Source of the DNA: a virus
Direction: 5' to 3' (one strand)
Length of the DNA stretch: 41,557 bases
Virus record (IMG/VR): IMGVR_UViG_3300045988_063404
Under the pieces are notes generated by a model. The model did not search any database and was not told the origin of the DNA. It saw only the letters and a list, made by a program, of their open reading frames with translations. Of this stretch, positions 1-7,149 are shown piece by piece (the stretch's first letter is position 1; every line of letters begins with the position of its first letter). The position numbers were made by a program, and so were the translations under genes.

Positions 1-55
1 ACTCAAGTTACAAGACTCAAGTTACAAGACTCAAGTTACAAGACTCAAGTTACAA
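1..55. repeat. 14-bp tandem repeat ACTCAAGTTACAAG (about 4 units); same unit as the array that ends the window
   Basis: Direct reading: three full units plus 13 nt. The first 43 nt equal the last 43 nt of the window. Confidence 0.9.
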
Positions 56-77
56 TAAAATAAATAAAAAAAAGGGC

Positions 78-106
78 TTTACAAGCAAAATAAAATATGA
101 TATACT
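78..106 (+). promoter_or_regulatory. Host sigma70-type early promoter, TTTACA-17 nt-TATACT with TGn extended -10
   Basis: TTTACA at 78-83, a 17-nt spacer and TATACT at 101-106. TG sits at 98-99, there is an A-tract upstream (66-73), and the first ORF follows. Confidence 0.6.
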
Positions 107-167
107 GTAATTAATAAAGTTATTGATAGTATGTTTTTATATGTTAAAAAGGAAGGAAGTAGTTAGT

Positions 168-539
168 ATGTTTGAAAAAATCAGTCGTTCAAAGTTTCTT
201 AATGTGCATGAAGGTAAAAGAGTAACGCTTCTGGACGCTAGAAGTATGTCTGAAGAAAAACTGAATGAATGTATGAGTAAATTTGAAAATGTCAATTTTT
301 ATGAACAAGCAGTTGCACTGAAGGTGGATAAAAAGTACACCGGAATTTTACATAAATACTCTTCGGGATTTTTTAGAGAAATAGAAGATAATGAAAAAAG
401 CTATGCGTCTTTTGCAAAAGGCAGTTATATTATGAGTGACAACAATAAATTCTCTATGCTTATTACTCCCGTCAATCCTATATTTGAAGACGACGAAAAA
501 TTATATAATGTAATTTTATATAGAAAAGAGAACAATTAA
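168..539 (+). CDS. Hypothetical early protein (123 aa)
   Basis: ATG 168 lies 8 nt after a GGAAGGAAG Shine-Dalgarno sequence, which is a better context than the upstream TTG 123 or ATG 141. I recognise no motif. Confidence 0.6.
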   Translation: MFEKISRSKFLNVHEGKRVTLLDARSMSEEKLNECMSKFENVNFYEQAVALKVDKKYTGILHKYSSGFFREIEDNEKSYASFAKGSYIMSDNNKFSMLITPVNPIFEDDEKLYNVILYRKENN

Positions 540-562
540 TTAGAGACACTCTTATATATTTC
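537..562 (+). promoter_or_regulatory. Phage-promoter-like variant element (TAATTAGAGACACTCTTATA)
   Basis: The 16-mer TAGAGACACTCTTATA at 541-556 is identical to 37813-37828. It resembles the TAATTGAGAC promoter family but has a 1-nt insertion and no initiating G. Confidence 0.3.
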
Positions 563-854
563 TAATTAAATTCTAACTAGACATTGTTTGTTAACATGAG
601 ATATAATATAGATACAGAAACATATCTTTGAAAATTAAATATTGTAATTCGACGTGTGACTGGACATAATAGCACACTTGCTTTTTATTACTGGCACTAA
701 TAAAAAGAACGAATATAGCATGGCCTATGGTGCGACATAGGCTAGGGACGTTGGCACACCTGAAAAAACGAACAGGAATACATCGACTAACATGGTGGAT
801 AAATCTAATATTCAGAGAAATAATTAAAAAGTAGAATTAAAAGGTGTAATTGAA

Positions 855-1058
855 ATGGAAAATAATAATGGAATTGACGCATGGGAAATAAAGATGTTAC
901 ACAATATGACATTGTGGGGATTGATAACGCCCAAGATTGAATCAATCGTAGCTAGATATTCAAGCATGATTGATAATGCAAAAACTATTAATGATAAAAA
1001 ACAGATTGAACATGAATTTATTGTTACTATGTATTCTTACGGTATCATTTGTGACTAG
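855..1058 (+). CDS. Hypothetical early protein (67 aa)
   Basis: ORF with an AAAGGTG Shine-Dalgarno-like sequence about 8 nt upstream. It sits between the first early gene and the RNA polymerase. No motif recognised. Confidence 0.5.
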   Translation: MENNNGIDAWEIKMLHNMTLWGLITPKIESIVARYSSMIDNAKTINDKKQIEHEFIVTMYSYGIICD

Positions 1059-1073
1059 CATAGAAAACATATC

Positions 1074-1147
1074 AAGACACACTAGTTAAATAGTTAGATA
1101 GTTAGTAGTTAGTAGCTAGTTACCTGGTGTGTCTATTATTTTTTTTT
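1074..1147 (+). terminator. Terminator-like structure: 8-bp stem AGACACAC/GTGTGTCT around a large TAG-rich loop, followed by a T9 run
   Basis: AGACACAC at 1074-1081 is complementary to GTGTGTCT at 1127-1134, followed by ATTATTTTTTTTT. The ~45-nt loop is unusually large for an intrinsic terminator. Confidence 0.35.
1083..1122. repeat. TAG-rich element, copy 1 (TAGTTAAATAGTTAGATAGTTAGTAGTTAGTAGCTAGTTA)
   Basis: The 22-mer TAGTTAGTAGTTAGTAGCTAGT at 1099-1120 is identical to 4067-4088. Confidence 0.8.
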
Positions 1148-1169
1148 ATCAAGAATGGAGAACGAAGCT

Positions 1170-3794
1170 ATGAATATTACGCTGAATGAAGAGCTTGAAT
1201 TAGAAGGTGAGTATCGACACATAGCAATGAAAAAACTCAAAGAGACACTATCCAAAAAAGAAGAAAATGGAGAAGCAATTCATACGTCTATGGGCGCAGG
1301 TATTATTAATCACCTTTATGTGAACCTTGCAAGTAATATGAGAATCTGGTTAGCTGCGCAGCTAGCACCTAAACGGGGAGTAAAGCCTATGTATTATCAG
1401 TTTCTCAAGTATGCTCATGCACAATTTGAAGATGAAGATACATTTATTTCTATCTTGTGTCTTTCCCTTTTATCTAATGTAATTAATCAAATAGCTTTAC
1501 CTAATGATAGAAGACATCCAACACTTACTAACATAGGGGAAAGTACGGGCCGACAACTCGTAGATGAAGTTCACTTGCAGGAATTTTTAAATTACTTGCA
1601 AGGGGATGAGTATCAATCTTATATTAATAGTGCAGTATTTCAGAAATGGCTTAAAACACATGACAAAAAAATGTTTGAATTTACTAACATCCCTATAGGT
1701 ATCGCAAGGGGACTCAAGTCTCGTAATAGTGACTATTACAGGCGTTACTATGTCCAGCAGATTGAGAACAAAATAGTATCCGCAGGTATTCCATGGTCTG
1801 CCAAGAAATTTGATAAAAATGTATTTTTCACTTTAGGAAGCAAGCTAATTGAGGTTTTATTAGCGTCTACAGATCTTTTTGAACTGAAATCAGAAGGTGG
1901 TGATATTGATGAGCTACATGCTACTCAAAAATTTATGGACGTATGGCAGACCAATACAGACTATGTACTTCTTCATGCTTATAAAACATGTCCTACGATA
2001 ATACCGCCAAGAACCTGGACAGATATAGATGAAGGAGGATATTATGGGGAACTTGCAACCTTTAATAACATTCTGCGTCTGTATCGTTTTCAAGACGGTG
2101 GCTATTATTATAAAAAGTACATGCAGAAACTTAAATCAGCAGATCTTGCGTCACCAATGAAGGCCCTTAATACTATTCAAAAAACGCCATGGAAGATTGA
2201 TAAAAAGGTTCTTGAAGTAGCAAAAGAGCTTGTCAAAATGGGTGGGGATCGAGCTGGTCTTCCCTCAACTGAACCATTTAAAGGGCTTCCCAAGTTATAT
2301 CATCCAACTGAAAAACAACTCAAGGAACATAAACATAAAGCCTATATGATATATAAAAAAGAAGCAAGTCGCAAGGGCAAGCTGATTAGAGTATTAGCTA
2401 ACATCAAGACAGCTGATAGATTCAAGAACTACGAACGTATTTATTTTCCATGCAATATGGATTTTAGAGGTCGTATCTATCCCATTCCAGCTTTTAGCTT
2501 TCAGGGAGATGATCTAAATAAGGGACTTCTCCAGTTTGCAGATACACCAAAAATTACAGACCCAGCTAGTGAACGATGGTTCTTGATTGCAGGTGCAGAA
2601 TTTGCAGGGATTGATAAAGTGTCTTTTGCAGATGAAATTAATTGGATTAAGAAGAACGAACGTAATATTCTTGACACTGCTTCAGACCCAATAGCTATGC
2701 TAGATTGGTGGGGAAATCTTGATGCTCCATTTGAGTTTTTACAGTTTTGTTTTGAGTATCAGAAAATGGTAAACTACAAGGCAAGTCATAATGGTTCTAT
2801 CATAGGCTGGTCTACAGGCGTTCCGGTCGCTTTTGATGGAACATGCAGCGGATTACAGCATTTTTCAGCAATACTTAGAGATCCCATTGGAGCTGAGGCG
2901 GTAAACCTCAAACCATCTGATAAACCTCACGATATTTATGGTCAAGTAGCACAAATTGTTAATCAAGTCCTAAAATATGATTCAGAACATGGTACATCAG
3001 ATGCCTGGGATGATGAAAAAAACAAGCTCAAGTTAGGTACAAAGACACTTGCACAGTTATGGCTTAACTTTGGTGTAACTAGAAAAGTTACTAAGCGTTC
3101 TGTCATGACACTGGCATATGGTTCTAAACAGTTTGGGTTTAGGGATCAAGTTCTTGAAGACACAATTAAACCTCATATGGATGAAGGTGTCTGGACAGAG
3201 AGCAATGCTAATCAATCAGCAGGATATATGGCTAAACTAATTTGGGAAGCAGTTAGAAAAGTAGTAGTTAAAGCCGTAGAAGGTATGGAATGGCTTCAGA
3301 AGGTGGCTAGAATGATCTGCAAGAATGAAAATGTGGTGCAATGGACAACTCCAATGGGTCTTTTGATTCATCAACCATACTTAACGCACCAAGTCAAGAC
3401 ATATCGCTTACGCTTTGCACAGACACAGAAGAGAATTTACGTCCCCTACACTTTGGGAAATATAGATAGCAGAAAGCAAGCTAATGCCATAGCACCTAAT
3501 TTCATTCATTCTATGGATGCTAGTCACTTGCAGTTGACTATATGCACTGCTACAGACCAAGGTATAAACCATTTTGCGATGATTCACGATTCTTATGGAA
3601 CCACAGTAGCAGACGCCGAACGGCTCTTCAAGACTATCAGAGAGTGCTTTGTGAAGATGTATACGGAACATGACGTACTTCAAGAGTTTGCTGATGAAGT
3701 ATCACACCTAACAGAAAAGGAACTTCCTGAAATGCCAAGCAAAGGAGCATTTGATATTAAAGAAGTCTTAAATAGCCTTTATGCGTTCCATTAA
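1170..3794 (+). CDS. Single-subunit DNA-directed RNA polymerase (T7 gp1-like)
   Basis: Colinear with T7 RNAP from memory: FPCNMDFRGRIYP, AFDGTCSGLQHFSA, VTKRSVMTLAYGSKQFGFR, APNFIHSMDASH, IHDSYGT, and the C-terminus YAFH versus T7 FAFA. ATG 1170 (MNITLNE, compare T7 MNTINIA) has a GGAGA Shine-Dalgarno sequence 8 nt upstream; ATG 1155 has none. Confidence 0.97.
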   Translation: MNITLNEELELEGEYRHIAMKKLKETLSKKEENGEAIHTSMGAGIINHLYVNLASNMRIWLAAQLAPKRGVKPMYYQFLKYAHAQFEDEDTFISILCLSLLSNVINQIALPNDRRHPTLTNIGESTGRQLVDEVHLQEFLNYLQGDEYQSYINSAVFQKWLKTHDKKMFEFTNIPIGIARGLKSRNSDYYRRYYVQQIENKIVSAGIPWSAKKFDKNVFFTLGSKLIEVLLASTDLFELKSEGGDIDELHATQKFMDVWQTNTDYVLLHAYKTCPTIIPPRTWTDIDEGGYYGELATFNNILRLYRFQDGGYYYKKYMQKLKSADLASPMKALNTIQKTPWKIDKKVLEVAKELVKMGGDRAGLPSTEPFKGLPKLYHPTEKQLKEHKHKAYMIYKKEASRKGKLIRVLANIKTADRFKNYERIYFPCNMDFRGRIYPIPAFSFQGDDLNKGLLQFADTPKITDPASERWFLIAGAEFAGIDKVSFADEINWIKKNERNILDTASDPIAMLDWWGNLDAPFEFLQFCFEYQKMVNYKASHNGSIIGWSTGVPVAFDGTCSGLQHFSAILRDPIGAEAVNLKPSDKPHDIYGQVAQIVNQVLKYDSEHGTSDAWDDEKNKLKLGTKTLAQLWLNFGVTRKVTKRSVMTLAYGSKQFGFRDQVLEDTIKPHMDEGVWTESNANQSAGYMAKLIWEAVRKVVVKAVEGMEWLQKVARMICKNENVVQWTTPMGLLIHQPYLTHQVKTYRLRFAQTQKRIYVPYTLGNIDSRKQANAIAPNFIHSMDASHLQLTICTATDQGINHFAMIHDSYGTTVADAERLFKTIRECFVKMYTEHDVLQEFADEVSHLTEKELPEMPSKGAFDIKEVLNSLYAFH

Positions 3795-3812
3795 AAGCTA
3801 TAAAATGTCTAG

Positions 3813-3836
3813 TAATAGAGACACAGATATAGAAAC
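3813..3836 (+). promoter_or_regulatory. Phage-promoter-like variant (TAATAGAGACACAGATATAG)
   Basis: One substitution from the TAATTGAGAC core, located 24 nt upstream of the consensus copy at 3837. Function uncertain. Confidence 0.3.
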
Positions 3837-3860
3837 TAATTGAGACACACAATAGGGGAA
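3837..3860 (+). promoter_or_regulatory. Phage RNAP promoter, TAATTGAGACACACAATAGGGGAA (predicted +1 G at 3855)
   Basis: Same length and layout as T7 TAATACGACTCACTATAGGGAGA. The 10-mer TAATTGAGAC recurs at 4280, 16212, 16237 and 37838. Confidence 0.75.
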
Positions 3861-3965
3861 AGGGAGAAAGACTCTTTAAGATATCTTTAGGAGTAGTACT
3901 AGATAATCTTAATTCTAACTACTATATACTATCTATTATCTATCTATTAAAGATACTTAATATAA

Positions 3966-4012
3966 ATATCTTAAAGAATATCTTAAAGAATATCTTAAAG
4001 AATATTTTAAGA
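3966..4012. repeat. 12-bp tandem repeat ATATCTTAAAGA x about 4
   Basis: Direct reading: three exact units and one degenerate unit. Confidence 0.9.
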
Positions 4013-4055
4013 GCCTTTTAGGATTACTATTAGTTATCTTATAAGGCTCTTTTTT
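4009..4055 (+). terminator. Terminator-like hairpin: 9-bp stem AAGAGCCTT/AAGGCTCTT, 25-nt loop, T-run
   Basis: 4009-4017 is complementary to 4043-4051, followed by TTTT. The large loop makes function uncertain. Confidence 0.35.
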
Positions 4056-4066
4056 GCTTTTATATT

Positions 4067-4098
4067 TAGTTAGTAGTTAGTAGCTAGTAGATAGTAGC
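4067..4098. repeat. TAG-rich element, copy 2 (TAGTTAGTAGTTAGTAGCTAGTAGATAGTAGC)
   Basis: Shares a 22-mer with 1099-1120. It also shares the 16-mer TAGCTAGTAGATAGTA (4081-4096) with 37951-37966. Confidence 0.8.
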
Positions 4099-4279
4099 TT
4101 TAAGAGTTCTTATGGTATCCAGACGACACCTGAAGATATAGAAGCTCTATATTTATCTATTGCTAAAACATGGTTTAGAATCCAGATAATTCAGCTGTGT
4201 GTCTATCAAACTGTGTGTCTGTTACTATTGCCTCCGGCGGATGCAATTGATAACAGCTCTCATTTAGCAGTTTACCAAT

Positions 4280-4303
4280 TAATTGAGACACACAATAGAG
4301 AAG
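4280..4303 (+). promoter_or_regulatory. Phage RNAP promoter, TAATTGAGACACACAATAGAGAAG (predicted +1 G at 4298)
   Basis: The first 20 nt are identical to the 3837 copy. It lies 35 nt upstream of the next gene. Confidence 0.75.
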
Positions 4304-4334
4304 AACAGTTGTGAAAGGAGGTTGACAATCTAAG

Positions 4335-4616
4335 ATGAGAACTAATACTAATTTCAAGAAAGGGGATCTGGTCTATTCACCATACTTTGGCTATGGAATA
4401 GTAACAAAGATTATGATAGATCGCTGTGTCTATCCTATCATAGTCACATGGTATGGAGAAAAAACATATTTAGAAACTCCCAGTTCATTCACAGAAGATG
4501 GCTATATGTTTAGTAAGGCTACCACAAACCCAAATCTCAAGATTACCGTAGTAGAAAGGATACACAATTATAGAAAGCTCTTAAAGCGCTTTAAAGAATT
4601 TTTTGAAGGTGAGTAA
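4335..4616 (+). CDS. Hypothetical protein (93 aa) sharing an N-terminal module with the next gene
   Basis: FKKGDLVYSPYFGYGIVTKI...FTEDGYMF parallels FKVGDRVLSFMDGVGVVEKI...YTADGKYY in the 4641 ORF. Confidence 0.6.
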   Translation: MRTNTNFKKGDLVYSPYFGYGIVTKIMIDRCVYPIIVTWYGEKTYLETPSSFTEDGYMFSKATTNPNLKITVVERIHNYRKLLKRFKEFFEGE

Positions 4617-4640
4617 GTAAATTTATAAGGATGGCAAAAA

Positions 4641-5135
4641 ATGGATGCACATGATACAAAATTCAAAGTAGGAGATCGTGTTCTTTCTTTCATGGATGGA
4701 GTTGGTGTCGTAGAGAAAATTTTTGATCCTAAAATTATCCCATATTCAGTGATGATAAGGTGGGAAAATAATGCAAAAGAAAAAGACTTTTACACAGCAG
4801 ATGGCAAGTATTATGAGGATGATAGTGAACCTGAACATGATATTTTTTCTCTTGAAAGCTCCGAAGCGACTGATGAAGGCACTGTAGATCTCATGATGGA
4901 TGCACTGCATAATAAGACAGAAGATGCTATCAATCCCGCTCATTACCAGACAAAAGGTCTTCCAGAAGCATATGAAATAATCAATCATTTAGCACATAAA
5001 GAGCAGTATGAGGGATTCCTGTGGGGAAATATTATTAAGTATGCATATTGCTATGTTCGAAAGGGGGACAAAGCAAAAACAGCAGGTAAGATTGCCTGGT
5101 ATGCTAATAAGTTGTTAGATCTCAACAAGAACTAA
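4641..5135 (+). CDS. DUF3310 / T7 gp1.7-like (nucleotide kinase family) protein, paralogue 1
   Basis: The C-terminal INPAHY...YEGFLWGNIIKYAYCYVRKGDKAKTAGKIAWYANKLL matches the pattern I recall from the T7 gp1.7 C-terminus (PSHY...FKGYCFGNILKYRLRAGKK...KADFY). Confidence 0.6.
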   Translation: MDAHDTKFKVGDRVLSFMDGVGVVEKIFDPKIIPYSVMIRWENNAKEKDFYTADGKYYEDDSEPEHDIFSLESSEATDEGTVDLMMDALHNKTEDAINPAHYQTKGLPEAYEIINHLAHKEQYEGFLWGNIIKYAYCYVRKGDKAKTAGKIAWYANKLLDLNKN

Positions 5136-5169
5136 ATCGTTCAAAAAGTAGTCTATATTGGCCTGTATT

Positions 5170-5219
5170 GCGTTTGCGTAATGTGAATGAGTAATTTATC
5201 GTTCATGCTTTGCAAACGC
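5170..5219 (+). promoter_or_regulatory. Long interrupted hairpin, candidate RNase III-type processing site or attenuator
   Basis: The outer stem pairs GCGTTTGC (5170-5177) with GCAAACGC (5212-5219). The inner stem pairs TGAATGA (5184-5190) with TCGTTCA (5199-5205) and includes one G-U pair. An internal loop separates the two stems. Confidence 0.4.
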
Positions 5220-5250
5220 AGGGAAGGGCTTTTTAAGGAGAAATAATGAC

Positions 5251-5847
5251 ATGAGAATTACCAATTTACAGGTCTATGACATGAATAACTCTATTAGAGC
5301 TTCTGGCTATCCAATGAAAGCCTATCTGGATGTTAAAGATCAGTATAGCTTTCTTGATAAAAAAGATTGGAGGAGAGCTGTGTCTTTGGCTAGTCGTGAG
5401 TCGAGTGAAGGGCATGATAACTTCTTGTCAGGTATCGTGGTGTCTTTTGACTTAACATGTTCTGTAAAGATGTGGACTGAGTTTGAGAGATACCATTTTG
5501 CACAGATAGTATCCAGTCAGTCTACGATGCACAGACTCGCAAAAATGGAACTTGATACAGCGTTCCTTCCATACACAGACCCAGTTATTGTAAATCGTCT
5601 TAAAGTATTGCAGAAGCAGTACACCGAAGAACCAAATGACACCAACTACCTTATTTTGCTATACTCTTGCCCTACTGGTTTGAATCTTACCGCCAGAGTA
5701 ACAACTAACTATAGGCAGCTAAAGACTATGATTAAGCAGAGATATAATCACAAGCTTCCGGAATGGAGAGCTTTCTGTATAGAAATTGTATCTCAGTGTC
5801 CTCTTGCTAAGGATTTTTTTGGTATGATAGGAAAAGAAGAAGAATAA
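5251..5847 (+). CDS. ThyX-like (flavin-dependent thymidylate synthase fold) protein with a divergent signature motif
   Basis: GHDNFLSGIVVSFDLTCSVKMWTEFERYHFAQIVSSQSTMHR parallels ThyX [40 protein letters not shown]. The later segment LNLTARVTTNYRQL parallels LYTRFFWTVNARSL. The canonical RHRxxSxxxxSxR motif is not intact. Confidence 0.4.
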   Translation: MRITNLQVYDMNNSIRASGYPMKAYLDVKDQYSFLDKKDWRRAVSLASRESSEGHDNFLSGIVVSFDLTCSVKMWTEFERYHFAQIVSSQSTMHRLAKMELDTAFLPYTDPVIVNRLKVLQKQYTEEPNDTNYLILLYSCPTGLNLTARVTTNYRQLKTMIKQRYNHKLPEWRAFCIEIVSQCPLAKDFFGMIGKEEE

Positions 5848-5863
5848 AAAGGAGATATAAGAA

Positions 5864-6631
5864 ATGAGTATCGAAGTTAAGAAAGAAGTTTCCCCTCGTA
5901 TTTTTGACAGGGTACACAATGATATTTATGGTTATGGCACGGTTATTGGTGTTGCAAAGCCAAATGTTCTTGTTTTGTTTGATAAGACAAATGGCGATTT
6001 TCATGCAGGTGGTGATTATAAAAGAGCTTGTGATTCATGGGTCGATGTTTCCAGTAATGTACGTACTAATAGATGCTATTGGTGTGCGGTGCTGGAGCTT
6101 TCAACTTCTTTAGATGAGACAGAGCGGGAGGAACGAAATGTGGCAGTATATCTTGTTCCATTTGATTCAGAAGACTATAAAGAACACCCTATTAGAGTAG
6201 TTGTTAAAATCCCATATATTCCTATGTTTAACGGCTCTATTGTTCTCCGTAACGAAAAGGGAGAGTGTCTTATTCTTTGTGACGATGGTGGTTATTGTTG
6301 GGTTAAGATTGAAAGACTTTCTTTACTTGCGGGGGCTCTTGGCACAGGTTCCTCCGATGCTTGGCCTAAGAAGGAAGAAGGAGCGGAAGAGAAAGATGAA
6401 GATACAGTAGCATCTCCTTATTACTATAAGATTGCACGAGTAGAGCCTAATGAACTTATGGGAGACCTCATGTCTTTCGAACAGCATGAAGGGTTCCTTT
6501 GGGGAAACATTATCAAATATACCTATCGTTATGGCAACAAAGGCGAAAAGGCAGAGACAGTCAAGAAAATTAGGAAGTATTGTGATATGCTTCTTGAGAT
6601 TCTGGAGCCTAAGAGTGAATTGGAGGATTGA
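5864..6631 (+). CDS. DUF3310 / gp1.7-like protein, paralogue 2 (255 aa)
   Basis: The C-terminal HEGFLWGNIIKYTYRYGNKGEKAETVKKIRKYCDMLL is nearly identical in pattern to the 4641 ORF. The N-terminus IFDRVHNDIYGYGTVIGV resembles the shared N-terminal module. Confidence 0.6.
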   Translation: MSIEVKKEVSPRIFDRVHNDIYGYGTVIGVAKPNVLVLFDKTNGDFHAGGDYKRACDSWVDVSSNVRTNRCYWCAVLELSTSLDETEREERNVAVYLVPFDSEDYKEHPIRVVVKIPYIPMFNGSIVLRNEKGECLILCDDGGYCWVKIERLSLLAGALGTGSSDAWPKKEEGAEEKDEDTVASPYYYKIARVEPNELMGDLMSFEQHEGFLWGNIIKYTYRYGNKGEKAETVKKIRKYCDMLLEILEPKSELED

Positions 6632-6697
6632 TAGATATTGGAGCAGATGATTAGGAACTGTAACATTTTTTTTTTGGAATGAAAGGAAAAGAAGATT

Positions 6698-7144
6698 GTG
6701 AAACTACCAATTTTAAAAATTAATAAATTGAAAGAGCATGTGATGATTCCTAAAGTAATGACTGAGGGTTCTGTTGGTCTTGATCTTGCTGTGTCTGAAC
6801 CCGCTACTTTCTTTCCGCATTATGTAACCAAAGTACATACTGGTCTTGCTATGGCAATTCCTAAAGGCTACCATGGGGAGGTACATATTCGTAGTTCGTG
6901 GGGAAAGCGAGGAATTAGGCTTGCCAACTGTACAGGAATTATTGATTCTGATTACAGAGGGGAAATTATTTTGATGGTCATTAATGATACTAATGACATA
7001 TATTATGCTCCAGAATTGGAGCGAATTGCACAATTTATACTAGTTAAAGACCCAACATTTACTATTGAAGAAGTAAATGAATTAGATGAAACTGAACGTG
7101 GTATTGGTGGATTTGGCTCTACCAATCTTAAAGAGGAGGAATAA
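6698..7144 (+). CDS. dut: dUTP diphosphatase (dUTPase)
   Basis: Motifs GSVGLDL, IDSDYRGEI and ERGIGGFGSTN. GTG start with a purine-rich Shine-Dalgarno sequence; the length is typical of trimeric dUTPases. Confidence 0.9.
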   Translation: MKLPILKINKLKEHVMIPKVMTEGSVGLDLAVSEPATFFPHYVTKVHTGLAMAIPKGYHGEVHIRSSWGKRGIRLANCTGIIDSDYRGEIILMVINDTNDIYYAPELERIAQFILVKDPTFTIEEVNELDETERGIGGFGSTNLKEEE

Positions 7145-7149
7145 TTATT

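Noticed and set aside
3408-3683. Minus-strand ORFs in the track. Examples: 3408-3683, 4175-4357, 4746-4988, 5719-6004, 6713-7033, 7195-7494, 8401-8872, 10676-11019, 11726-12244, 18404-19093, 19844-20248, 22724-23227, 26338-26766, 27998-28462, 33560-33859, 34443-34881.
   Set aside because: All lie antisense to strongly supported + strand genes with clear homology. They lack Shine-Dalgarno sequences and have low-complexity or hydrophobic translations typical of antisense frames in AT-rich DNA. T7-type genomes are transcribed from one strand.
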